Assembly: GCA_017412605.1 (NCBI GenBank)
Contig: JAFPWY010000007.1
Span: forward strand, 180,239 to 244,238
Source of the DNA: Fibrobacter sp.
GTDB taxonomy: Bacteria; Fibrobacterota; Fibrobacteria; Fibrobacterales; Fibrobacteraceae
Direction: 5' to 3'
DNA: 64,000 bases
The position numbers and the translations under genes are program-made. Under the pieces are notes generated by a model. It was given only the letters and a program-made list of their open reading frames with translations, was not told the origin of the DNA and made no database searches. Positions 55,498 to 64,000 of this stretch are shown one piece after another; within the stretch, counting starts at the first letter, position 1, and each line of letters begins with the position of its first letter.

Positions 55498-56382
55498 TTA
55501 GCGCAAGCTGTCAGCCAAGCGCTCCAATGCGTCAACGCAGTCGTTGGCAAAGTTTGCAGGTGTATTGTTGCGCTGCCAAGCAAAGTTCAAGCCGCTGCTG
55601 GAATTCAGCACGTGAAACTTGCGCTTGCCGCCACCGTTTGCGATGGCATTGAGCACCGTCTTCGCGTCACCGCCCTGTCCGCCAGGCACGCCAGGAATGG
55701 ACACACCAGGAATCAGGAAGGGAATCTCGTGCTTTTTGGCAACACAGTATGCAGTAATCTGTTCGAGCTCTTCGGGATGGGTCGCACCCACGACAGCGCC
55801 GAGGTAGCCCTTGCCGTCATCCCATTCCACAATCTTGTCTGCAACAGAATAGAAGGCACTGGCGACATCGCGCGGGTCGTCACCGCGCAGGACATTCATG
55901 TCCTGAAAGTCGTGCGCGCCCTTGTTGCTCGTACGCAACAAGACGTAGGCGCCGTTCTCGCTATTTTCGCGAATGAACGGGGAAACCGAATCCGTCCCCA
56001 TCCACGGAGACACCGTCACGGCGTCGGCGCCGTAAACGTCGTACGCGGCATTCGCGTAGGCCGCGCTCGACTTTCCGATGTCGCCCCTCTTCGCGTCGAG
56101 AATCACCGGGATACCCGCACTCCTGTAGTCAGCAATCAGCTGCTGGAGCACAAGCATTGCCTGGACGCTCACGCATTCATAGTAGGCGCTGTTCGGCTTC
56201 ACCACGGCGGGGAACACGTTGCGCTTGGCGCAGCATTCCAGGATGTCGGAATAGAAACGCTTAATCTTGTCTTCCGGCGTACCCTCGAGCGGGATAAGCT
56301 TGAGCACAGGGTCCATACCCATGCACACCGGGTTGCCGCATGCGGCGATACGTTGTTCAAGACGGTCGTAGAAGCAAGTCAT
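55498..56382 (-). CDS. pyrF: orotidine-5'-phosphate decarboxylase
   Basis: CMGMDP, KPN, ILDAKRGDIG (DxKxxD), LRTSN, GAVVGAT, LIPG..GQGG, NSS. Confidence 0.92.
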   Translation of the reverse strand: MTCFYDRLEQRIAACGNPVCMGMDPVLKLIPLEGTPEDKIKRFYSDILECCAKRNVFPAVVKPNSAYYECVSVQAMLVLQQLIADYRSAGIPVILDAKRGDIGKSSAAYANAAYDVYGADAVTVSPWMGTDSVSPFIRENSENGAYVLLRTSNKGAHDFQDMNVLRGDDPRDVASAFYSVADKIVEWDDGKGYLGAVVGATHPEELEQITAYCVAKKHEIPFLIPGVSIPGVPGGQGGDAKTVLNAIANGGGKRKFHVLNSSSGLNFAWQRNNTPANFANDCVDALERLADSLR

Positions 56383-57593
56383 TACTTGAGTTCCTCTTGA
56401 ATCTTCGCAGCTTCGTAAGAGAGGATGCCGTGAGCGACAGCGACATTCAGGGATTCGAGATCGCTGCTCATCGGAATCTTCACAGTCTCGTCGGCAAGTT
56501 CAATCAGGTACTGGTTCGTGCCGGCACCTTCGTTACCCACCAGGAACGCCATCTTGCGCAGCTTGCGGGCGGGAATGTCGCCGAGGCTCTGCCTTGCGTG
56601 CAAGTCGGAAGCGATGATGGTGTAGCCCTTGCTGCGGAGGAAATTGATCTGTTCGACCAAGTCCACGTCGTATTCGAACGGAACACGGAGGAACGTGCCC
56701 GACGAACCGCGCACCACCTTCGGGTTGAACGGGTTCACCGTACCACGGCCAAGCACCATACCGTTGGAACCGAAACCGAGGCTCGTGCGGAAGAGCGTTC
56801 CCAGGTTGCCCGGATCCTGCACGGCATCCACAAGCGTCAGCACGCTGCGGCTCTGTTCGTAGTTGGGCTTGTTGCTTGCGCAACGGCAATGGGCGATAAT
56901 CCCCTGCGTCGTCACGGTAGAAGACAGACGCTTCATCTGTTCTTCGGTGAGCACATGCAGGTTGACTTCGGCCTCGTTAATCTTTTCAATCAGGTTCTCG
57001 TCGCTGAAGCCTTCGACCACGTAGACCGCGATAACGATTTCGCGGTGATGGCTCACGAGCTCGTCAACGACATGCACACCTTCGCCAAGGAAGTGGCCTT
57101 CGCGTTCGCGACCCTTTTCGGTCGTGAGGGCGATGAGCTTCTTGAACCAAGGCGGATTGGAAACCGGATCCTCGATAGCCTCCACCTGAGCGGAACGTGC
57201 TTCCAGTGCCTTCTCGTCCAAGTTCTCGTCAAAGACGGCTTCCTTCTGCTCGGGACGCTGACGGTAGACCGGGGCGGCGCCGCGGTCGGCATCCTTGCCC
57301 CTGCGGTTGAACGGACGATCCCCGCCACGACGGTCGCCAAAACGGCGAGGGCGGCGGTCGCGGTTCCACGGACGGTCTTCGCGGCCTTCGCGGGACGGGC
57401 GGTCCTCGCGGTCACGGGGGCGACGGTCGTCGCGCTGGTCGGATTCCCCGCGGGCGCGGAAAGGCTTGCGGCCACCACGGGCATCGTCGTCACGACGGCC
57501 ACGACGTTCACGGTCTTGCACTTCGCTCACACCGAACTTGCGGTCAAGAGCAGTCTTCAAAGTGCGCTTCGGCTGATTGATTTCTTCGCTCAT
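56382..57593 (-). CDS. TrmH/SpoU family RNA methyltransferase with R/D-rich N-terminal extension
   Basis: VQDPGNLGTLFRT, VGNEGAG, IPM..LESLNVAVA. Confidence 0.92.
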   Translation of the reverse strand: MSEEINQPKRTLKTALDRKFGVSEVQDRERRGRRDDDARGGRKPFRARGESDQRDDRRPRDREDRPSREGREDRPWNRDRRPRRFGDRRGGDRPFNRRGKDADRGAAPVYRQRPEQKEAVFDENLDEKALEARSAQVEAIEDPVSNPPWFKKLIALTTEKGREREGHFLGEGVHVVDELVSHHREIVIAVYVVEGFSDENLIEKINEAEVNLHVLTEEQMKRLSSTVTTQGIIAHCRCASNKPNYEQSRSVLTLVDAVQDPGNLGTLFRTSLGFGSNGMVLGRGTVNPFNPKVVRGSSGTFLRVPFEYDVDLVEQINFLRSKGYTIIASDLHARQSLGDIPARKLRKMAFLVGNEGAGTNQYLIELADETVKIPMSSDLESLNVAVAHGILSYEAAKIQEELK

Positions 57594-59461
57594 AGTTTTT
57601 CCATTATCCGTTTGGCGACAGACTCGCCATCGATTTCCAACATCTTGTACAGTTCTTTGATTTCACCCTGTTCCACAAACTTGTCCGGGAGCCCGAAGCG
57701 GAGCAGTTTCTTGTCGGTAAGCCCGAAGTCGGCGAGGAGTTCCGCGACGGCGGAACCGTAACCGCCCACGAGGGTATTGTCCTCGAGCGTCACGATGACC
57801 TTGTGCGACTCCAGGAGCTTCCTGTAGCACTCCGTATCCAGCGGCTTGATGATGCGTGCGTCCACCAGCGTGGGATTGTAGCCCTTTTCGCGCAGCACCT
57901 CGGCAGTGCGCTTCAGCTCGTTCGTCATGAAGCCGGCACCGAGCAGCAGGATATCGGAACCCTGCTCAAGCACCTTGGGCAGCGCATAGTCAAACTCGCC
58001 CGTCGCGGGCTTGAGTTCCTTCTCGAGGGAGACCCCGCGCGGATAGCGGATAGCCACCGGGCCCTTCATGCCGATAGAGGCGACAACCATGTCTCGCAGC
58101 TCGTTCTCGTTCGACGGCGCCATGATAGTCAGGCCAGGAACAGAACGCATAAACGTGAGGTCGAAGGCGCCATGGTGCGTGGGGCCGTCGGCACCCACAA
58201 GGCCCGCGCGGTCGAGCACGAACACCACGTGCAAATTCTGTAAAGCCACATCGTGCATCATCTGGTCGTAGGCACGCTGCATGAACGACGAGTAAATAGC
58301 CACGACAGGAATGACACCTTCGCAGGCAAGTCCCGCTGCAAAAGTCACGGCATGCTCCTCGGCAATGCCCACGTCCACGACACGGTCCGGCAATTCCTTC
58401 GCGACGATATCCATGCCGCAGCCCGTAGGCATGGCGGCCGTGATACCCATGATGCGCTCGTCCTTCTTCGCCAGTTCGAGCAAGGTCTTGCCGAACACGC
58501 TGGTCAAGGAGGGGTTCATGTTGCCCGGATGGAGCGGAAGCCCGCTTTCAGGATCGAACGGTCCCGTACCGTGCCACTTGGTCGGGTTCTTCACGGCGGC
58601 GTCGAGGCCGCGGCCCTTCTCGGTCAAGATATGCACGAGGCACGGCCCCGGCTGCACCTTGACTCGCTTGAGGAGCATAATAAGTTCGTTGATATCGTGG
58701 CCGTCAACCGGGCCGAAGTAGCGGATGCCCAGGTCCTCGAAGAAGCGGCCAGGCTTCACGACCATCTTCGCGGCCTTCTCCGCCTGCAGGAACAGATCGC
58801 GGAAACGCAGGCCAAGCACACCGGGGAGCCTGGTCATCAGGCGGTCCAGGTCGCTACGCATCTTGTTGTAGACCGGGTCCGAAATGATGCGGTTCAGGTA
58901 CTTGCTGAACTCGCCGACGTTCGGGGCAATGCTCATCCTGTTGTCGTTCAGGATGATGGTCATGTTGTGCTTCGAGATGCCCACGTTGTTGATGGCCTCG
59001 TAAGCCATGCCGCCCGTCATGGAGCCGTCGCCGATAATGGCGACCACATTGTTCTTGCGGCCCAGCTGGTTGCGCGCAGCGGCAAAGCCAAGTGCAGCAG
59101 AAATCGACGTGGAAGCGTGGCCAGCGCCAAAGCAGTCGTACTCGCTCTCGTTGCGCTTCAGGAACCCGGAAATGCCGCCCTTCTGGCGAAGCGTTTCAAA
59201 TTTCTCATAGCGGCCGGTAATCAGCTTGTGCACATAGGCCTGGTGGCCCACGTCCCAAATGAGCTTATCGTCGGGAGTGTCAAAAACGTAATGCAAGGCG
59301 AGCGTGAGCTCGACAACGCCCAGGCTAGACGCCAGGTGTCCGCCATGCTTCGCGACCTGACTAATAATCGTCTCACGGACCTGCTTGGCCAACTGTTGCA
59401 GCTCTTCGACGGAACACTGCCTGATATCCGCAGGCGACTTTATGTCTTTCAAATCTTTCAT
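57590..59461 (-). CDS. dxs: 1-deoxy-D-xylulose-5-phosphate synthase
   Basis: GGHLASSLG, DVGHQAY, AGHASTS, IGDG..LNDN, YFGPVDGH, DVGIAE, IRYPRG. Confidence 0.98.
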   Translation of the reverse strand: MKDLKDIKSPADIRQCSVEELQQLAKQVRETIISQVAKHGGHLASSLGVVELTLALHYVFDTPDDKLIWDVGHQAYVHKLITGRYEKFETLRQKGGISGFLKRNESEYDCFGAGHASTSISAALGFAAARNQLGRKNNVVAIIGDGSMTGGMAYEAINNVGISKHNMTIILNDNRMSIAPNVGEFSKYLNRIISDPVYNKMRSDLDRLMTRLPGVLGLRFRDLFLQAEKAAKMVVKPGRFFEDLGIRYFGPVDGHDINELIMLLKRVKVQPGPCLVHILTEKGRGLDAAVKNPTKWHGTGPFDPESGLPLHPGNMNPSLTSVFGKTLLELAKKDERIMGITAAMPTGCGMDIVAKELPDRVVDVGIAEEHAVTFAAGLACEGVIPVVAIYSSFMQRAYDQMMHDVALQNLHVVFVLDRAGLVGADGPTHHGAFDLTFMRSVPGLTIMAPSNENELRDMVVASIGMKGPVAIRYPRGVSLEKELKPATGEFDYALPKVLEQGSDILLLGAGFMTNELKRTAEVLREKGYNPTLVDARIIKPLDTECYRKLLESHKVIVTLEDNTLVGGYGSAVAELLADFGLTDKKLLRFGLPDKFVEQGEIKELYKMLEIDGESVAKRIMEKL

Positions 59462-60345
59462 TTTACGCGGGTAATGATGAATGCGGCAATAGCGCGGAAG
59501 ATGGAAGTGTCACGGTCGATTCCGTCAAGGAACTTGATGGACTCCTCATAGAGTTCCTTCGCCCTTTCACGGGACTTTTCAAGGCCGATCAGGGCCGGGT
59601 AAGTAGCCTTACCCCTTTCCACGTCGGAACCGGCATCCTTGCCGAGTTCTTCCGTCGTAGAGACGATGTCCAGGATGTCGTCCACAATCTGGAAGGCAAG
59701 CCCGATGCAACGTCCGTACTGGCGGATGGTTTCCACATCCTTTTCCGAGGCGCCCGCCAAAAGCGCGCCGACCTCAAGCGAAGCCTCGATGAGGGCCGCC
59801 GTCTTGTGGTAGTGGATGTAATCGACCGTTTCGAGGTCAACCTTCTGGCCCTCGCACTCGATATCGATCATCTCGCCGCCAATCATGCCGAAAGTGCCAA
59901 GCAGGTGTGCCAGAACTTCGATAGCCTTCGCATTGCCTGTCTTGCCCATCAGTTCAAAAGCAAGTACACACAGGGCATCGCCCGCCATGACAGCGGTCGC
60001 CTCGCCAAACTGCTTGTGAGATGTCGGCTTGCCACGACGGAAATCGTCGTTGTCGATGCAGGGCAGGTCGTCATGAATCAGCGAGAACGTGTGGAGCATC
60101 TCAAGGGCGCTCATGGCGTACCATACGGAATCGCCCTTACCCCCGAACAGGTCAAACGCGGCGCGCACAAGTGCCGGACGCAAACGCTTGCCGCCAGCGA
60201 ACATGGAATACCGCATGGCCTCGTGCAAACGACAGGGACGTTCCTTTTCACTGGGAAGAAATTCTTCAAACTTCGCTTCGACTTCCTTGGAAATCGTGGA
60301 AAGATACTGGACGGCAACAGCCGCTTCTTTTTCTAAGCTCTGCAT
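59458..60345 (-). CDS. ispA: farnesyl/geranyl diphosphate synthase (polyprenyl synthetase)
   Basis: GGKRLRP, SLIHDDLPCIDNDDFRRG, KTAAL, FQIVDDILD, GKATYP. Confidence 0.95.
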   Translation of the reverse strand: MQSLEKEAAVAVQYLSTISKEVEAKFEEFLPSEKERPCRLHEAMRYSMFAGGKRLRPALVRAAFDLFGGKGDSVWYAMSALEMLHTFSLIHDDLPCIDNDDFRRGKPTSHKQFGEATAVMAGDALCVLAFELMGKTGNAKAIEVLAHLLGTFGMIGGEMIDIECEGQKVDLETVDYIHYHKTAALIEASLEVGALLAGASEKDVETIRQYGRCIGLAFQIVDDILDIVSTTEELGKDAGSDVERGKATYPALIGLEKSRERAKELYEESIKFLDGIDRDTSIFRAIAAFIITRVK

Positions 60346-60454
60346 AACGATACAAAGATACTTAATTATCGGTGTTACGAAAAGGGCGCCAGAAGCGAAA
60401 GATTCACCCTAAAACGCCCGTTAATAAGAAAATAAGCGGAAACGGCGCGATTTC

Positions 60455-62092
60455 CTAGAACAGCACGCCGTATAGCTTGATGTCGTCAATGTAGAAGTTG
60501 GAGCCGCCCTGGGCAAAGAAGTTGAGCTGCTTCACCCAGCCCTTGACGTATGTCCAGGGTTTCAGGCCCTCGGCATTGTCGAGAGCGTTCATGATGAGGT
60601 CGGAAGGCTCGATCACGTAGCGCTGCCACTTCGCTGTATCCAGGTCCTTCCATTCAGATGCAGCCTTCAGGTTCATGCTGAGTTCCTCGGAGACCTTGTC
60701 CCAGTTCTCGACAGCCACGCGAATCTGTCCATCGCCCTTCGCGTAGAACACGATGGAATCCAACAGCGACAGGTTCCACACATGGTCGCGCAGGTTAGTG
60801 CCCACCAGCACCCAGGCGTAAGAGGAATTCCCCAGCCAGTACTGTCCGTGGAACACGTTGGACTTGCGCGTGGAATCGTATTCGACGCCATTCTCGATAG
60901 AAGAGTCCTTAGGACTCGGCTTCATGAACGAACCCAGAGAATCCGTGGCCGTGTACCAGTAGTCAAAAGAATCCTCGAAATTCTCGAACGTCATGGACGG
61001 CGCATGGAAATCGGCGGTATTCTCGTCGACCACGGTCTTCACCTCGACAGGGAGTTTTTCCATCTTCTTTGTAACAAAGTAAAGTTCAACGGAATCCCCT
61101 ACCGGCAGCGACGGGAACACGTAGCTTCCGTTCATGTCGGTCTTCACGAACACGTCCATGCCATAGACGCCCACGTATGCGTACATCATGTCGCTGCGGA
61201 GAGTCACGCGCCCAACAAGGGACCCCGTCGCGGACAACTCCACAGTGTCAAGTTTTTCAATTTCCTTGGCAGAAAGCACCTTGGAATAGGCGATGCCATT
61301 GTCCACCACGGTAAGGCGGTAATTACCCTTCTTCAGGCTATCCAGCACAAAGCGGCCATTGGAATCCGCGCGGATTTCGGAAACAATAATCGAGTTCGTC
61401 TGGTTGGAAGAATCCTCCACCATCTGGTCAACCGGGCGCACAGCCACGGTAGCGAAGGGAACGACCTTGCCTTTCGACACGGCGACAATACCTTCCGTCT
61501 TCAGGTTCACCGTTTCCACACCGTAGGGCTGGACCACGACCTTGTGGCTTTCGTACACCGAGTCATAGCTTTCTTCGGCAAAATACAGTTTCAGGGAATC
61601 ACCGGAGGGAACCGTCGGCAAAGCGAACTTGCCTTCGGCATCGGTCTTCACGAGCATGTCCATGCCATAGACGCCGACCCATGCATACTCGCTTCCCTTC
61701 GGGAGGTCAACAACGCCCGACACGGAGCCAGTGGCGGTGAGTTCAACAGTGTCTAGCTTGGAAAGTTCCTTGGCGGAGAACGTTCTGGAGAATGCGGAGC
61801 CGCCGCTCACCACGGTCATGCGGAATTCGTTGTCAGAAGAAACGGTATCCAGGACAAAGCGACCATTGGAATCGGCAAAGAAGTCCGGCTGGATTACGGA
61901 GTTTTCAAGCGCAGCAAGAGAGGCCTTCTGGTCAACACGGCGGAGAGCCACGCTCGCGAAAGCCGCAGGCGCACCGTCTACGTAGGCCACGATGCCGTTG
62001 GTTGTTTCACTGCCGGGGCCACCAGCGGTCTCGGTTTCGGAACAGCACAAGAGCAAAAAGACCCAGGGCAGAAGAAGAAATGCTTTTCTCAT
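60455..62092 (-). CDS. lipoprotein with two tandem carboxypeptidase-regulatory-like modules and a C-terminal CBM-like beta-sandwich
   Basis: LLLCC lipobox, GPGSETTNG, duplicated ADSNGRFVLD..LDTVEL.ATGS..VGVYGMD..VKTD module, C-terminal ENFED..DSIVFYAKG..FYIDDIKL. Confidence 0.8.
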   Translation of the reverse strand: MRKAFLLLPWVFLLLCCSETETAGGPGSETTNGIVAYVDGAPAAFASVALRRVDQKASLAALENSVIQPDFFADSNGRFVLDTVSSDNEFRMTVVSGGSAFSRTFSAKELSKLDTVELTATGSVSGVVDLPKGSEYAWVGVYGMDMLVKTDAEGKFALPTVPSGDSLKLYFAEESYDSVYESHKVVVQPYGVETVNLKTEGIVAVSKGKVVPFATVAVRPVDQMVEDSSNQTNSIIVSEIRADSNGRFVLDSLKKGNYRLTVVDNGIAYSKVLSAKEIEKLDTVELSATGSLVGRVTLRSDMMYAYVGVYGMDVFVKTDMNGSYVFPSLPVGDSVELYFVTKKMEKLPVEVKTVVDENTADFHAPSMTFENFEDSFDYWYTATDSLGSFMKPSPKDSSIENGVEYDSTRKSNVFHGQYWLGNSSYAWVLVGTNLRDHVWNLSLLDSIVFYAKGDGQIRVAVENWDKVSEELSMNLKAASEWKDLDTAKWQRYVIEPSDLIMNALDNAEGLKPWTYVKGWVKQLNFFAQGGSNFYIDDIKLYGVLF

Positions 62093-62925
62093 TTTTCTCT
62101 CTCCTGTAACTTCTTCACGAATCCCAGCGGGAACAACTGAACGTTCAGCTGGAACACCGTGTTGTCGCCGGTTCCTTCCTGCGACAATCTCAAAAGCTCC
62201 GAACGGAACTCCTTGATCTTTTCACGAATGAGTGCGATGTCGTCCATGTTGAAGGTCATGGTCACCGTGCTGATATCCCTCAGCGGCGGCGCATGGCGTT
62301 CAAGGGATTCCCCTGCCAGGCGGATGGTTTCCTTCTGGAAGGCGCGGACCGCCTCGGAACGCCAGTTACCCCCCGTACTCACGAAGGTGTCGTTGACTTT
62401 CCAGAAGCCGTCTCTATCCGTGGAAATCATATTCAGGTCGTGCAGAAGCTGGACAGCCTCCTTAGCCTGTTCCACCGTAATCGCCGGTGTACAGCTCTCC
62501 GCTAGACCCTCATAATCATCCTTGAATTTACATATTCCTATGATGGAACGTATCGCGTTATAGTACCAATGTCTGTAAAATTCGAGCTCTTTCTTGGCAA
62601 GGCGCTTCAGGGGGATGCCCTTGAGCATCTGCATTTTCTCGTAATGGTTCAGGGCTTCGGAGTCGGTTTTGGCCCTGCCAAAATGCACAAGTTCGGTCCA
62701 GTATGCCGTTTCCTTCTCGTCCAGGCCAAAAAATTCGGCCATGGGCTTGATCAGGTTTACCGAAAGATGGATCTTGCTCTGGGAAACGCGCAGGAGGTTA
62801 CCCGGATCGGCGTCTAGCTTCATCGCCATATAGCGCCACGACACGACGGACTTGCGCTTCTTGAAATCTTCAAAAGCGTCACGTATCCATTCGCGGTAAT
62901 CCGTGTATTCAAAAATCGGTTTCAC
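62089..62925 (-). CDS. TIGR02147-family protein
   Basis: IFEYTDYREWI..WYYNAIRSII..LAGESLER..VFQLNVQLFPL. Confidence 0.85.
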   Translation of the reverse strand: MKPIFEYTDYREWIRDAFEDFKKRKSVVSWRYMAMKLDADPGNLLRVSQSKIHLSVNLIKPMAEFFGLDEKETAYWTELVHFGRAKTDSEALNHYEKMQMLKGIPLKRLAKKELEFYRHWYYNAIRSIIGICKFKDDYEGLAESCTPAITVEQAKEAVQLLHDLNMISTDRDGFWKVNDTFVSTGGNWRSEAVRAFQKETIRLAGESLERHAPPLRDISTVTMTFNMDDIALIREKIKEFRSELLRLSQEGTGDNTVFQLNVQLFPLGFVKKLQEREK

Positions 62926-63024
62926 AATCGGTCCTTTATTTCATTTATAGCCAGTGAGTTAACCCACCCAAGACCCTTAAAATAAAAGATACTTTTGTAA
63001 AATAAAAAAAACGAGTAGCCCCCC

Positions 63025-63471
63025 CTAGAGTTCGTTGTGGAAATTTACAACGACTTTTCCGGCACCGCATTCGGCGGTCCAGCGGCATTCGGGGGCACCC
63101 TTAGCTGCGCTATTTAAGCAAATTCCTTCAAAAACGAACCATCCGGCCCTGCTTCGGTCAGGGGCGAACGTGGCCGAGTACTCCAGTTCGGCAACCTTGG
63201 AGGCATGCACTTCGGGTGCGGCCATCACGGCGTTCGTGACACGTATCACGCATTCTCCCTTGCCCGGCATTTCGGCATCCGGGTCGACGCCCTCGGCAGC
63301 CGACCAGTGCAGCTGGACAGGCCTGAACCCGACACCGAGGTCCGGGGAATCGGACCGATTCCCCGTGCATGCGGAAAACGACGCCACGAGGGCGCCGCAG
63401 ACCAATAATTTAGCGGGTACGCTTATATGTGGCGCTCGTAACGCGATTACGGCCACCTTCCTTCGACGCAT
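63025..63471 (-). CDS. hypothetical small lipoprotein (start uncertain)
   Basis: FSAC lipobox, Cys-containing small domain; annotated start overlaps the upstream GGDEF gene. Confidence 0.55.
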   Translation of the reverse strand: MRRRKVAVIALRAPHISVPAKLLVCGALVASFSACTGNRSDSPDLGVGFRPVQLHWSAAEGVDPDAEMPGKGECVIRVTNAVMAAPEVHASKVAELEYSATFAPDRSRAGWFVFEGICLNSAAKGAPECRWTAECGAGKVVVNFHNEL

Positions 63472-64000
63472 AGAGAGCCTTGTCGGCGCGCTCGAACAGG
63501 CGCTTCGGGTCTTCGTCGGGAATCATCTCGGCAATACCGAAGGAGCAGGTCACCTGCTGCTGCTTGATGAGCACGGTATTTTCGATTGCAATGCGGAGCT
63601 TTTCGGCAAGGAACTGCGCATTCTGGATCGGCGTGTCGCCGCAGAGCACCACGAATTCTTCGCCGCCCCAACGCACGAGAGCATCGGTATTGCGGATCTT
63701 GCCTTGAATTAGTTTGGTCAAGTTCACCAACACCTCGTCGCCGACCTGGTGGCCGTAGGTGTCGTTGATATGCTTGAAGTGGTCGATATCCAGCATCACG
63801 AACGAAACCGGACGGCCGTTCTTGCTCAGGTTCTCCTGCTCGCGCATGAGCACGCTGCTGAAGCCGGCGCGGTTGAGGCAACCCGTGAGCGGGTCTTCCT
63901 TGCTGGAACGCTCGTACTCGGACTTCTCGATTTCCAAGGCGCGGAGGTTCTTCTCGAGTTCCTCTCGCTTCTTCTTCTCCTTCGCGCGTTCGCGGCTATA
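63410..64000 (-). CDS. GGDEF diguanylate cyclase (5' end beyond the window)
   Basis: Frame open to 64000; DPLTGCLNR, DIDHFKHINDTYGH..GD, RNTD I-site, RWGGEEF. Confidence 0.92.
   Translation of the reverse strand, partial: YSRERAKEKKKREELEKNLRALEIEKSEYERSSKEDPLTGCLNRAGFSSVLMREQENLSKNGRPVSFVMLDIDHFKHINDTYGHQVGDEVLVNLTKLIQGKIRNTDALVRWGGEEFVVLCGDTPIQNAQFLAEKLRIAIENTVLIKQQQVTCSFGIAEMIPDEDPKRLFERADKALYASKEGGRNRVTSATYKRTR

Noticed and set aside
1-64000. Prophage, IS transposase or integrase
   Set aside because: No structural phage genes, DDE/HUH transposase or tyrosine/serine recombinase motifs recognised in the ORF set.

Overview
64 kb of a GC-rich bacterial chromosome, very probably a Fibrobacter species: two TIGR02147-like regulator genes each followed by a lipoprotein, Fibrobacter-style secreted proteins and 7-bp tandem repeats. 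Most of the window is housekeeping, envelope and signalling genes (lptC, iorAB, PBP1-type, nhaA, prs, lysA, rpe, pyrF, dxs, ispA, GGDEF and histidine kinase proteins, GT-C glycosyltransferases). The standout region is a ~14 kb defence locus (7129-21232, minus strand) just downstream of tRNA-Ser(GCT). It is a type I restriction-modification operon (half-size HsdS, HsdM, HsdS, HsdR, M48 peptidase) with five interleaved cargo genes: Schlafen/AlbA_2-HATPase-double HTH, KAP NTPase, small HEPN-like protein, small Schlafen/AlbA_2 protein and a second HEPN protein. Between two cargo genes lies a gap-free 81-bp decayed copy of the hsdS 3' end, and a 13-bp direct repeat brackets the second HEPN gene. 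Together these suggest cassettes accreting at the hsdS terminus. Other observations: a heptamer/hairpin repeat family with a covarying stem (one copy abuts a GIY-YIG gene, and a related array appears to be translated inside a signal peptide), a tandem SUMF1-domain gene pair with near-identical 5' ends and divergent cores, and a histone-like/CBM48 fusion. All family assignments are from motif recognition by eye; no database searches were run.
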